Shown: positions 50,948 to 60,562 of the stretch, piece after piece
How positions within the stretch are numbered: the first letter of the stretch is position 1
How the letters are laid out: the number at the start of each line of letters is the position of its first letter
Virus record (IMG/VR): IMGVR_UViG_2061766007_002388
Origin: an uncultured virus (IMG/VR IMGVR_UViG_2061766007_002388)
Taxonomy: Duplodnaviria > Heunggongvirae > Uroviricota > Caudoviricetes
Reading direction: 5' to 3' (one strand)
DNA: 64,000 nt
Position numbers and translations under genes: made by a program
Notes under the pieces: generated by a model
Seen by the model: the letters and a program-made list of their open reading frames with translations, nothing else
What the model was told of the DNA's origin: nothing
Databases searched by the model: none

Positions 50948-52216
50948 ATGTCAAATAATAATACACCTATTATTAATTATACATTACTAAAAGACGCATT
51001 ATATAAGAATACACTATCACCCGAAGAATCTTCGAATGCTCATGTGCCCATAGTTTCAGAAGTTGACGGTGTTAAAATTTTGCAGAATATTTTATTATCT
51101 GAAATTGTTAAAAGTGATTCACAATACATTCCAAATGTAATTATAGTTGACACAACGCTTCCCGCTGATGGAAGCAAGGATATTGAGGGTAAATCTTATC
51201 ATTCATTTGCAGTGGCGAAATCTTATTGTGATATTATACATACCACTACTCCTGATATGAAATTCGAAATACAATTGCCGAGTGGTGAGTTTGATCAGGA
51301 AGTTGTGTTGTCTGATTATATTCTGGTTGTGGGACACAACACTATTCTTAAACGAGTAGTTAATTCTACGGTTATATCCCAGAGTAAGGATTTGGATGTA
51401 TCTACATCAGTGGGTCTTAAAGATTGTACGGTGGCGTTTGGCTTTGCCAGTCAGCCTGACATCAGCGAGAGTCAAACTTATAAAGTTTATTATCTCAGCA
51501 ACTGTGTTCTCGATAATTTGAGAACTTCTACTGATGGTGATCTTGCGGTTAATAACGTTGTTCTTGTAGTGAAAGATAGCACTGTATTGGGGTTAGCCGG
51601 AAAAGCTACGGGTGATGGAAATATAATCCTCCAAGCAGCAGCCCCGATGTATGTAATACGAGGTGAACTGAGCGGGACTATCGTGTCAGAGTCTGTGTTC
51701 ATGAGTCATTCCTCAATGCTTGGCGCATTAAATGTTACGGCTTCAGCAGTCGTGCTGATACAAAGCTCATCTTTTACTGGGGGTCAGATGACCGTGACTG
51801 TGTCTGCATGGCAGGTAATGTTTATAGACTGTTATCTAACGCTACAGACTATAAATATTGCAAGTTCAGATGAAAATACATGCTTTCTGGTGTTTTTTAA
51901 TAGTGTTGTAATGAGCTACTTTGATGTTTCGATTGCTAACAAAAATACTCTTGAAACATGGATTATCAACAGTCATTTTTTTAGAGTTATGACACTGGCA
52001 GGCGACTCTTTTCTTAGACTAGGTGAACTAGAAGTTGGAGGATCCAATGATATCAGTGTTCGAGGCTATGTCGGGTCTACTTTTGCAACATCCGCGCCGA
52101 CGATTGTGGCACGATACAACAGCAGCGTGCGGGTGTATGTTTACAAGTTAGAAACAGTGTCTGATTCGGCTGTCGNNNNNNNNNNNNNNNNNNNAGTAGT
52201 TGTGAAATATCTTTAG
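50948..52216 (+). CDS. putative tail spike / beta-helix protein (3' end in an assembly gap)
   Basis: Y.SF..AK..C...IQLPSGEF.Q.V.L followed by Val/Ser/Thr-rich beta-helix-like sequence; GC rises within the gene. Confidence 0.55.
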   Translation: MSNNNTPIINYTLLKDALYKNTLSPEESSNAHVPIVSEVDGVKILQNILLSEIVKSDSQYIPNVIIVDTTLPADGSKDIEGKSYHSFAVAKSYCDIIHTTTPDMKFEIQLPSGEFDQEVVLSDYILVVGHNTILKRVVNSTVISQSKDLDVSTSVGLKDCTVAFGFASQPDISESQTYKVYYLSNCVLDNLRTSTDGDLAVNNVVLVVKDSTVLGLAGKATGDGNIILQAAAPMYVIRGELSGTIVSESVFMSHSSMLGALNVTASAVVLIQSSSFTGGQMTVTVSAWQVMFIDCYLTLQTINIASSDENTCFLVFFNSVVMSYFDVSIANKNTLETWIINSHFFRVMTLAGDSFLRLGELEVGGSNDISVRGYVGSTFATSAPTIVARYNSSVRVYVYKLETVSDSAVXXXXXXXVVVKYL

Positions 52217-52538
52217 AGGCGAGTATATCTCAGCTTAAACTCGTCTACCTCGTAAATGTGCAGAGCTATTCCATATTGGCAATAACGAATTTATCTACTA
52301 TATGGGACCAGGACCATTCCGGGTGGTGGTATCATGATACCACCAGTTATCTTAATGAAGAGATGCTTGGCGCTGCCCATAAATACCAAGGTTATATGGG
52401 TGATGTGAGAGATCGTCTGACTATCAGATATGCACCAACCGCCTCCCCGACGGCAGCGCAGATTACTTCGACAATAGACTTGACTACTACGCATATCGGC
52501 CTCATGTGCATTCTCGGGGGTGACCCCTNNNNNNNNNN

Positions 52539-52724
52539 GGGTCCCGCTCAATTCGACGGTTGTTGATGACGATACTGCATCAACAACTGACAGCATAACC
52601 CTTGTGAACAACACGATATTCAATCGCGGCATACTCACTTCACTGACCGTAACGATGCCTTCGGGTGTCACCCCAGCGTTTACATCGCAGATTAATTTTA
52701 CGTCAGGTGTGACCCCTACGACAT
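52539..52724 (+). CDS. fragment of a tail-fibre-associated protein (between gaps)
   Basis: ITLVNNTIF..GILTSLTVT.P......FTSQINFTSGVTPTT. Confidence 0.45.
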
Positions 52725-52961
52725 NNNNNNNNNNNNNNNNNNNNNNNNNNNNNNNNNNNNNNNNNNNNNNNNNNNNNNNNNNNNNNNNNNNNNNNNNNNN
52801 NNNNNNNNNNNNNNNNNNNNNNNNNNNNNNNNNNNNNNNNNNNNNNNNNNNNNNNNNNNNNNNNNGGCGCCCGCGGACTGGTATCTGCTACCGACGTCGT
52901 AATCGAGAACATCCACGATCCTGAAAACCTGCCTGAGCCTGTCGGAGAATAGAGGTGCAGA

Positions 52962-53411
52962 ATGAAATTGCATGACCGAACCAAATGGTTTGTTTCCAGT
53001 GAAGCTTTTCTCAGGATCATTGCACCTGCCGAAAACGCATTTCTCAAAATCGGAGACGACTTTTATTGTGAAGCTGAGACAAACCAAAACGGCGCTGTCA
53101 ATGTATATCTTAATGGAATATTTTTAAAAACTATTACAGTTGATCATGGTGTTGCTTCAGACACGGTGCCGATTCCTGAGAGCGTGTTCGGATACGGGAC
53201 GGCGTTCGTATTCTCCGAAAATGAACAAGTTCCCGACGACACCGTTGTTCCTAGAACGCTAACACTTCAGCTTGCTGCTTTGACCGCTAGTCAGCAAGTT
53301 GTCGTGAGCCCGTCAGATTATCCTATAGGCGACTGTGACGATATCGCTGACCGGCTGGNNNNNNNNNNNNNNNNNNNNGGAAGCCACGACAGTAGACACC
53401 ATTGGCAATGA
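52962..53411 (+). CDS. hypothetical protein (interrupted by a gap; true end uncertain)
   Basis: GAGGTG RBS. Confidence 0.5.
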   Translation: MKLHDRTKWFVSSEAFLRIIAPAENAFLKIGDDFYCEAETNQNGAVNVYLNGIFLKTITVDHGVASDTVPIPESVFGYGTAFVFSENEQVPDDTVVPRTLTLQLAALTASQQVVVSPSDYPIGDCDDIADRLXXXXXXXGSHDSRHHWQ

Positions 53412-53487
53412 GCCTGTTCAGTCATTCGGAAGTGTTACGATAGAAGTTGACGTATCAGACGAGCCTTTTACCGATTAGGAGGAAAAA

Positions 53488-55134
53488 ATGTCGCATACTT
53501 TTACTTATGAAACCGGTTGGAAAATTCTTGACGAAAACGGAAATGTCCGCGCCTCAAGTGAAGATAAAGAGCGTGCTGAGACTCAGGGAACGGTCGAGGT
53601 GGAGATCTTGGACGAGGATAAGGAGACTGTGGTTCAAAATTGCAAGCAGCCGTTCAAAAGCTTTGTAAAAGGATTTCTGATGGATCTGGTGCTGGGTTAC
53701 AGGGTATCCAAACGTGAGGTTGGTTTTGGCACTGAACCTCATGTAATGTCTAATGGGCGAATCGCAACTTTGGGGAGTGCATACACAAACGGAACTATAG
53801 TTTCTCCCGCAGCGCCGGAAAGATTCGACACTAACACATATATAGATGCTGTTGCACTTATGGGTAAACTTACTCCGTTAACTAGCGTTGTTTCTCAAAT
53901 TTACCTTAACTCCTGTACCAAAACGACAGACTCCATAAGCATCCGACTTTCTTCAATACAGCAGATAGATTCAACAGCAAGTAGTGGAACGGTTCGGGAA
54001 ATCGGTCTGTTTTCGGACAACACCAATGACTATCCGGCAGGGACACCGCAGTTTCATACGTTGATCGCCAAAGACGTTCTTGCTACCCCATTGACATATT
54101 ACCCAAACCAGTATGTACGCATTAAGTATGATATTGAGATCCCATGCTCCAGCCAAAAAGTTATCACAAAAAACTGGGTATACAACTGGCTTCAGAATTT
54201 GACGGATCCGTTCAGCGGGGTATTTAAAACCACCTCGGGGACCCCGGCAGTAGGCATCAACGGGATAACCACATCGACTTTTACAAAAGCGGACAATATG
54301 ATCGGTAACCAAACTGACGACGGCGCAGGAATTGTTGTAGGAACCGATGACGGGACACTTCTGCCTTTAGACTGGGATAACTATCAGCTTGGCAGTCTGA
54401 TCCCGAGCGGAGCTACTTCCGGCACTTTGAGCTATTGGGCCTCGTTGATTCCTTCAGAAGAGCCGGACGTCTCTTTTACCGAAGGCACAGCTCGTGTAAC
54501 TTTTTTCCGCCATTTTATAAATGGTTCAGGAGCGGACATAACGGTAAAAGAAGCGGGTATTGTTGCACACGCGACTCAAGATAATCACGCAGCCGAGGGG
54601 ATCGATACCGAAGGAAGTTACTTGCTGGCAAGATGGCTGACAGGCAGTATAATTGTGCACCCGAATGAAACCCTGGTTGTTTACTGGCAACCTGCTATTC
54701 AGGCGGACTCCACTACGGTTTCTGGAAAAAATTTGGATATGTCGAAAATAATAGTGGTGCCTAACAGATTAAGAAAAAAATATGCGTCACTTAGAGACAT
54801 GACTATGATTCAGAAAGACCACTCTCAACCTATGATGTGGGGGGATTCAAAAGCGTATGCGGCTAATTTAAAAAATGTGAACGGTTATGGTGGATTTACA
54901 GATTGGAGATTGCCTCGTCAAACAGATACTACCACTTCTGAAGCAGTAAACCGTGAACTGTATTACCTCTACCAACATAAAGCGGAATTGGCGAACGGGT
55001 GGAGCCCATTTGGTTCTTGTTGGAGTGATAATCAGGTTGATAATGGGGCTGCTAGGTGCGTAAGAAGTGCCGGAACGTTTTATTCATACTCAAAACTTGA
55101 AGCGTCTGCTGTGTGGTGCTTTTGTGTCAGATAA
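53488..55134 (+). CDS. tail-fibre / receptor-binding protein with duplicated anchor-like domains and a C-terminal DUF1566 (CLec) domain
   Basis: GTVREIGLF..LIAKDVL and ITVKEAGI..LLAR repeats; MMWGD.K.YA.NL..GGFTDWRLP..ELYYLY..CWS..CVR-stop; AGGAGG RBS. Confidence 0.75.
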   Translation: MSHTFTYETGWKILDENGNVRASSEDKERAETQGTVEVEILDEDKETVVQNCKQPFKSFVKGFLMDLVLGYRVSKREVGFGTEPHVMSNGRIATLGSAYTNGTIVSPAAPERFDTNTYIDAVALMGKLTPLTSVVSQIYLNSCTKTTDSISIRLSSIQQIDSTASSGTVREIGLFSDNTNDYPAGTPQFHTLIAKDVLATPLTYYPNQYVRIKYDIEIPCSSQKVITKNWVYNWLQNLTDPFSGVFKTTSGTPAVGINGITTSTFTKADNMIGNQTDDGAGIVVGTDDGTLLPLDWDNYQLGSLIPSGATSGTLSYWASLIPSEEPDVSFTEGTARVTFFRHFINGSGADITVKEAGIVAHATQDNHAAEGIDTEGSYLLARWLTGSIIVHPNETLVVYWQPAIQADSTTVSGKNLDMSKIIVVPNRLRKKYASLRDMTMIQKDHSQPMMWGDSKAYAANLKNVNGYGGFTDWRLPRQTDTTTSEAVNRELYYLYQHKAELANGWSPFGSCWSDNQVDNGAARCVRSAGTFYSYSKLEASAVWCFCVR

Positions 55135-55345
55135 AGTATTTTTTCACGATTTCGTCAATATCATGTTTGTACTCCATATTTATAGCCACCACATTTGAAA
55201 CCGCCCTTTCTATGGCAGTATCTCTTTTCGCCCATCATCACTCAATTCTTTTTCACAGCTGAGCGCTATTTGATTTTGCTTGACAACAACAGTCTTTCTG
55301 AGTAAGTTTGACGCAGAGTGTAGTGCTTTTTGGGAGGAGGTAATC

Positions 55346-55702
55346 ATGACTTGCAACGATTGGCTTAATACGGCTATATGCAAACTCGCGGATATCAAAA
55401 ATATCGGAGACTTATCCGACGGTTATCACACCTTTAACGAACTCTACCACCAGCGTGCGGTCCTGTTCGCCGCTCTGGTCAAGGTCTACAAAGACAAGGC
55501 CTGGAAATCATGGAAACACGAGGATGGGGAGAAATGTTTCGGAGGGGGCTGGTTCATCGTGGGAATCGACACACCGGAAGGCTCGTATACATATCATTAC
55601 GATGAAAAATACTGGGATATGTTCGAATGCGAAGAACTTGAGAAAAGCAAGCACTGGGACGGGCATACTGAGAAAGATGTCATGAAGCTACTGTCGCTTT
55701 AG
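55346..55702 (+). CDS. WDGH-motif phage protein
   Basis: SDGYHTFNELY..R..LF, AWKS..H.DG, GWFIVGI.TP.G..TYH and WDGHT. Confidence 0.85.
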   Translation: MTCNDWLNTAICKLADIKNIGDLSDGYHTFNELYHQRAVLFAALVKVYKDKAWKSWKHEDGEKCFGGGWFIVGIDTPEGSYTYHYDEKYWDMFECEELEKSKHWDGHTEKDVMKLLSL

Positions 55703-55816
55703 TTGATTTTTTATTGACAATATTTTTTTCCAGACTAAGTTCAGTTTTGCATAACGTTTTTATGTTTTTTAGTTATAAATATTTTTGTATTTCAAATTAT
55801 TATGGAGGAATTATAA

Positions 55817-56314
55817 ATGGGTTGGGGAAAAGTTGCAGAATATATAATGGCATTTTTAAGATGGTGCTGGGAAAATAAATGGACAATTCTAGGCTTTATT
55901 TTAACCATTATTTTCTTCATTATGATGAAATATCAAAGCAATGTTAATGATAAATTAACAAAAGATATAGAAGTTTTAAAATCAAATATTTCTAAATGTG
56001 AAACTGAAAAAGATATTGCATTAAATTGTAATGCTGATCTCGAAGGTAGTTTAGATCTTTGCAAAAAAGAACTTCAAATATCTAAAGATTCTTTTAAAGA
56101 AGCAGAGTCAATTAAACAACAATTTGATTTAGAAATAGAAAAATATAAACAGCTTGCTGCTGCCATAGATGAAGAAACTGATCCAGAATTAGCTCTCGAA
56201 AAAAAGAAAAAATTGATAGAAGAGTTATTTAAAGGACAAAATTCAACGCAAATTAATAATACAATTAAAAAAATTAAAAACGTTAAACCCATCAGAATTA
56301 ATTTTCCCCGTTGA
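55817..56314 (+). CDS. putative i-spanin (Rz-like)
   Basis: N-terminal transmembrane helix followed by a coiled coil; TATAAATA upstream. Confidence 0.55.
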   Translation: MGWGKVAEYIMAFLRWCWENKWTILGFILTIIFFIMMKYQSNVNDKLTKDIEVLKSNISKCETEKDIALNCNADLEGSLDLCKKELQISKDSFKEAESIKQQFDLEIEKYKQLAAAIDEETDPELALEKKKKLIEELFKGQNSTQINNTIKKIKNVKPIRINFPR

Positions 56315-56396
56315 TTTTTTCTCACAATGAACGTATAAATAAACCTGTCAATTATGACAAATGTTTTTTTGTTAACAATTTTTTGGAGTTTTTAAA

Positions 56397-56798
56397 ATGA
56401 AAAGAGTTTTGAATCTTATTAGCATTATTTTTTGTGTAATGGCTATTTGTTCTTGCGCATGCTGCAATGGTAATTCTAAAGACAAGAATGAAGTTTCTGA
56501 AGACAAGAAAGTTGAAGAAGCTGCTGTAGAATCACTTGAAAAGAAAGCAGAGGAAGAAAATAAAGAACAGGCAGCTGTTGCAGAGATGAACAAAACCGCT
56601 GAGCAGGAAGCAAAAGAGAATAATGCAAAAGCGGAAGAAAATAAACTCAGTGAAGAGAAAAAAGAAGATGCTAATCTAAAAGAGTCTAATCCAGAAGAGC
56701 CTAAAGTTGAGGAACAGAAACCTGCTGAGGAACAGAAACCTGCTGAGGAAAAGAAAGAAGAGACTCCGAAACAGGAAGATTCAACCACAACGAAGTAA
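56397..56798 (+). CDS. putative lipoprotein with a Glu/Lys-rich low-complexity region
   Basis: Signal peptide ending in a Cys cluster; EEQKPA repeats. Confidence 0.65.
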   Translation: MKRVLNLISIIFCVMAICSCACCNGNSKDKNEVSEDKKVEEAAVESLEKKAEEENKEQAAVAEMNKTAEQEAKENNAKAEENKLSEEKKEDANLKESNPEEPKVEEQKPAEEQKPAEEKKEETPKQEDSTTTK

Positions 56799-56816
56799 TA
56801 TTTGTTGTTTTTAAAC

Positions 56817-56854
56817 ATAGCCGTTGACTTTAAAAAGTTGACGGCTATTTTTTT
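56817..56854 (+). terminator. rho-independent terminator
   Basis: Stem ATAGCCGTTGACTTT/AAAGTTGACGGCTAT with two G-U pairs, followed by a T tract. Confidence 0.8.
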
Positions 56855-56913
56855 GCTTTGAAATTAAAACCATAAATAAAATCGTTAATAAATTTAATTT
56901 TATGGAGAATAAA

Positions 56914-57285
56914 ATGGAAAATATTACGATTGCAGAATTTTTTGGTGTTTTAAGACAAAGTGTCGTTGAAACATGGGGAACCCATCTCACAACAATGAGT
57001 TATGCAAAACATATGGCATTAAATGAGTTCTACGATGAAATGCTCGAACTTGTTGATAATTTAATCGAGTGTTATCAAGGCATATATGGAATACTTCCAT
57101 GTGAAAATTCTTTTGAATTTAATTGCGACAATGTGGAAAATTTCTTAACAAATCTCAGAGATTTTATTATTGATAATAGAGAAAGACTTTTTAATAAACG
57201 AGATTCTGAATTATGGAGTGAAACAGATTCTATTCTTTCTTGTATTGATAAAACCCTTTATAAAATCAGGTGTTTGGTAAAATGA
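56914..57285 (+). CDS. ferritin/Dps-like phage protein (DUF5856-like)
   Basis: HL.T.SYA.H.AL.EFYD....LVD.LIE.YQG and C-terminal TLYK. Confidence 0.75.
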   Translation: MENITIAEFFGVLRQSVVETWGTHLTTMSYAKHMALNEFYDEMLELVDNLIECYQGIYGILPCENSFEFNCDNVENFLTNLRDFIIDNRERLFNKRDSELWSETDSILSCIDKTLYKIRCLVK

Positions 57286-57614
57286 AAAAATTAATTTTTA
57301 TCATTATACTTTTTTCCACATTTATTTGCGGCTGCGCAACATGTGAGACAAAATATATAGTAAAAACAAAAATAGTTGCACCAACCATTGCATGTGCACA
57401 ACCACTTCCTTATGAAGAATTTAAAGAAACATTGGTTTCAACAGATATAGTTCATAGTGAGGGGGTGTTATTTGAAGTTATATCCACTAATGTAAAAATG
57501 ATGGAAAGACAAATTATGTTGTGGGAAAATTATAAAGATTGTGTAGAGAAAACAATTAAACTTTATAAAGAAGCGGTCGATTCAGAAGATGGAGAAAAAG
57601 AAGATGATAAATGA
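57282..57614 (+). CDS. putative o-spanin (Rz1-like lipoprotein)
   Basis: Lipobox-like ICGC after a signal peptide; Pro-containing segment and extra Cys residues. Confidence 0.55.
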   Translation: MKKLIFIIILFSTFICGCATCETKYIVKTKIVAPTIACAQPLPYEEFKETLVSTDIVHSEGVLFEVISTNVKMMERQIMLWENYKDCVEKTIKLYKEAVDSEDGEKEDDK

Positions 57615-57996
57615 AGATAAATTCAACTCAGTTAAAATTGTTCCTATATATTATATGAATATATACGCTGACGATAAAGGCGTACTGAATGATATGGATT
57701 TTGCTAAAGATATAAGTTTTTTAATTGAAGAAATGTTACTTCGCAAAATTAAGCCAGTTCTCGATTTTAATGGAATTTATGAAGTGGATAGATATTGGTT
57801 TGTCTTGGCATTAATAAAGTGGATTATTAAAGCAAAAAAAAGAGTTAATGAAATAATAAGTATCGTTAATCTAAGCGATGAAAATGTTAAAATTCTTAAT
57901 AATGTTACACAAAAAATATTAGAATCGGGCTTAGATATTTTAAAGGGTATAACAATTCCAAAAATATTTGATTCTATTGATTTAGAAGAGGCATAA
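57604..57996 (+). CDS. STAS-like (DUF4325-like) protein
   Basis: PVLDFNGIYEV...F pattern. Confidence 0.4.
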   Translation: MINEDKFNSVKIVPIYYMNIYADDKGVLNDMDFAKDISFLIEEMLLRKIKPVLDFNGIYEVDRYWFVLALIKWIIKAKKRVNEIISIVNLSDENVKILNNVTQKILESGLDILKGITIPKIFDSIDLEEA

Positions 57997-58776
57997 ATGG
58001 CATTTAACTTTTTTAACCAAAAAGGTATACAAAAATTATATAGAAAACAATTTCGCAAAATAATAAAGCGATTTGGTATACCATGTTATTACGTTAAAAA
58101 AGCACTTTCAGGAAGTCTCGATAAATTATATGGTGAAGATAATGCAATATCATATGATACAGCATTTGAAATTAAAATGTATCTCGAAACATTCGAGTTC
58201 TACGATGGAAGTCACCAAACATTTAATGCATTCTTATCATTGCTTGAAGATAGTTTAAGGTTTAAAATAGATATTGAAACATTTAAAGAAGTTACTGGAA
58301 TGGATTTTCCAGAAGAAGGGGATTTAATTTGCATTGGACTTTCACCCGCATTAAAAATAGTCACACCAGATTTTAAAGCACTCGAAACATTTATTATACG
58401 CGGTGTAAACAGACGTGCTGATTTTTATAGTTTCGGAACATTTTTTAGTCACGCTCTTGAATGCAATAGGTTTGAATACAATCATCAGAAATTTAATACG
58501 GGTGTTGAACTCATTGATAGTTTAAATCTTATTGATACTGTTAAGAGTATAAGTGATATTATTGGTGATAATAAAATTATTGATCAGATCGACGCAGAGG
58601 GTGTTGAAGCTTATGACTCAGAAACCGGAACTATACAACAAGGTAGTCCTGTTACGGAGTTTATGGAATGTGATCCAATGAAACCTGATAGTAATGAAAC
58701 ACCAGAAATACCTCAACCAGAAGATGTTGAGTGGGATCCTAATGACCCATATGGAGATAAATGCTGCAATGGCTAA
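57997..58776 (+). CDS. neck / head-closure protein (T4 gp14-like)
   Basis: I..FGI.CYYV, D.LYGED, F.IKMYLE, P.EGDLI, FY.FG and C.RFEY....FNTG...ID. Confidence 0.85.
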   Translation: MAFNFFNQKGIQKLYRKQFRKIIKRFGIPCYYVKKALSGSLDKLYGEDNAISYDTAFEIKMYLETFEFYDGSHQTFNAFLSLLEDSLRFKIDIETFKEVTGMDFPEEGDLICIGLSPALKIVTPDFKALETFIIRGVNRRADFYSFGTFFSHALECNRFEYNHQKFNTGVELIDSLNLIDTVKSISDIIGDNKIIDQIDAEGVEAYDSETGTIQQGSPVTEFMECDPMKPDSNETPEIPQPEDVEWDPNDPYGDKCCNG

Positions 58777-59167
58777 TCAACCTTCAAGAAGCAATTTATA
58801 TCATGATATTGATATGAAATTCGAATTAAACGAAGTAACAAAAGATATTATATTAATTAAAGATGCTGACGCAATAGCACAATCAATAAACAATATGCTG
58901 ATGAATGTTCGTCTATGGACATTTAAAGGAAAACCGCTTAATCGATTTATATTTGAAAGTTTCTATAGTGAAGTGGATAATATGATTATTATTCATGAAT
59001 TGGAAGAAATGATTTTAGAAAAGGAACCAAGAATTTCTGATATAAAAATTACTGCGGTTAAAAAAATAAGTGAGCAAATAATGGAAGTAGATGTGACGTT
59101 TACACCCAAGACCACCAATGAAGGTGTTTCTTATAGTACAAAAATATACAAAGTAGTATCTAATTAA
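58769..59167 (+). CDS. baseplate wedge subunit (T4 gp25-like)
   Basis: Y.DIDM.F....TKDI...KD.DAI.QSI.N and EPRI. Confidence 0.85.
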   Translation: MANQPSRSNLYHDIDMKFELNEVTKDIILIKDADAIAQSINNMLMNVRLWTFKGKPLNRFIFESFYSEVDNMIIIHELEEMILEKEPRISDIKITAVKKISEQIMEVDVTFTPKTTNEGVSYSTKIYKVVSN

Positions 59168-59176
59168 ATTTTTCTC

Positions 59177-59204
59177 TTGATTTTTTTCTTGTACAATATA
59201 TAAT
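59177..59204 (+). promoter_or_regulatory. sigma70-like promoter
   Basis: TTGATT-N16-TATAAT. Confidence 0.55.
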
Positions 59205-59245
59205 ATACATTGTTATTTGGTATTTTTATTAATGGGGGCGTGGCC

Positions 59246-59818
59246 ATGTCTGTGGAAATTATGATGTACGCAGAAGAATTTAATAAGGAAACAAACAAGT
59301 GGGAGATTATTTCCGAAAAATGTTATTGCGACAATTTTAAATGGTATCTTAATGATTATGATGATTATACGGATTTCAGAGTACCTGAAATTTCGGATTT
59401 GTCTGATTTTATTAAAAAAGATTTCAAACTTGAAGATCCAGAAAGAGAAGAATTTTTTTATGACATGAGAATAGCTACGATTGAAGAACTGCGCAATTAT
59501 GCAAATAAATTTATAACAAAATATACAACAACAACCAAAAATATTTTTCTTGCACTAGGTCTTGCCGGTCATAGAGAATCAGACGATGATTATTTTGATA
59601 ATGACAAATACGATGATGATGACAATATCAGAAGTAGTTATAACCCCCTGACATTCCCAGTGAGCAAGGAACTTATTGAAGAGTGGAATACACAAGAACT
59701 TGATATGATAAAAGCAAGAGAAATTATTGGAATTTGTGATACCATTTTATGTCAGTCAAAATTAGGACATGGAAGCTGGGATGAACAGAATGTAAGAGTT
59801 ATTATGTTTAGGGGGTAA
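59246..59818 (+). CDS. hypothetical protein, paralog of 7086..7682
   Basis: End-to-end similarity to 7086..7682. Confidence 0.8.
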   Translation: MSVEIMMYAEEFNKETNKWEIISEKCYCDNFKWYLNDYDDYTDFRVPEISDLSDFIKKDFKLEDPEREEFFYDMRIATIEELRNYANKFITKYTTTTKNIFLALGLAGHRESDDDYFDNDKYDDDDNIRSSYNPLTFPVSKELIEEWNTQELDMIKAREIIGICDTILCQSKLGHGSWDEQNVRVIMFRG

Positions 59819-59820
59819 AA

Positions 59821-60129
59821 ATGTTTAAATCAGTTAAGGAATTTTTAAAGGGTTTTTTCGAAGGACTTGATTTAGATCATGTTATATTTTTTACATTTTT
59901 TTGGCTTGGGATATGGTCGATTCTTTCCGGAAATATCCCCAGGTTACTTGTGTGCGTGATTATGTGTTTTATTGAATGGATTTTAATTATGAAGGAAAAT
60001 TTGATTGCGGAAATTAAATTGAATCGCGAAATAATTAAAATTCAAGCGGATCGAATTACTGATTTAATATTCGAATTAAATAGCATAAACAATAAGGGGG
60101 AACATGAATCAGATACTCACGAGAATTGA
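59821..60129 (+). CDS. membrane protein with two hydrophobic segments
   Basis: Two hydrophobic segments and a coiled C-terminus. Confidence 0.6.
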   Translation: MFKSVKEFLKGFFEGLDLDHVIFFTFFWLGIWSILSGNIPRLLVCVIMCFIEWILIMKENLIAEIKLNREIIKIQADRITDLIFELNSINNKGEHESDTHEN

Positions 60130-60562
60130 TGTCTGTTCATATACAGATTTTATTAATTTGTTCAGATCATTCAGCGGCTATAAATTATTTCCCCTCGTTT
60201 CGAGTTTCCTAGAAAGTGCAAATCAAATAGATGAAAATCCGATTTCCCATACAATATATTATGATAAAAATGACAATCCAATTGCAATAATAGGTACATT
60301 ATCAGTTTTATCAGATGTAGAATATAAATCAATATATGTATTTGAAATTAATAAAAATTATTTGCACAAAGGTTTGGGCACTTTGATTTTTAAAGATTTT
60401 ATAGATGAAAAAGAAAATTATGTTTTATTTGTTTCATCTAAAGATTTAATTAAATTTTACAAACAGTTTGGTTTTGAAATTACAGAACAAAATAAACCTT
60501 ATACAATGATTAAAAGAGCAACGTTAAAAATGGAGATTTATAATGGCAGGCAATCGTTCTGA
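60104..60562 (+). CDS. GNAT-family acetyltransferase
   Basis: FEI...Y.HKGLGT and LIKFYKQFGF. Confidence 0.8.
   Translation: MNQILTRIDVCSYTDFINLFRSFSGYKLFPLVSSFLESANQIDENPISHTIYYDKNDNPIAIIGTLSVLSDVEYKSIYVFEINKNYLHKGLGTLIFKDFIDEKENYVLFVSSKDLIKFYKQFGFEITEQNKPYTMIKRATLKMEIYNGRQSF

Larger units (their letters stand above)
51200..55740. other. GC-elevated island of tail-fibre-like genes containing all four assembly gaps
   Basis: Visibly higher GC and different codon usage than the flanks; N runs at 52176-52194, 52529-52538, 52725-52865 and 53359-53378; boundaries approximate. Confidence 0.75.

Noticed and set aside
52500..52730. Recurring GTGACCCCT next to gaps as invertase (shufflon) sites
   Set aside because: Short, direct rather than inverted, partly explained by GVTP codons, and no recombinase in the window
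53488..55300. Complete DGR
   Set aside because: No reverse transcriptase, template repeat or clear downstream hairpin found in the window
56700..56760. GAGGAACAGAAACCTGCT tandem repeat
   Set aside because: Coding EEQKPA low-complexity repeat within the lipoprotein
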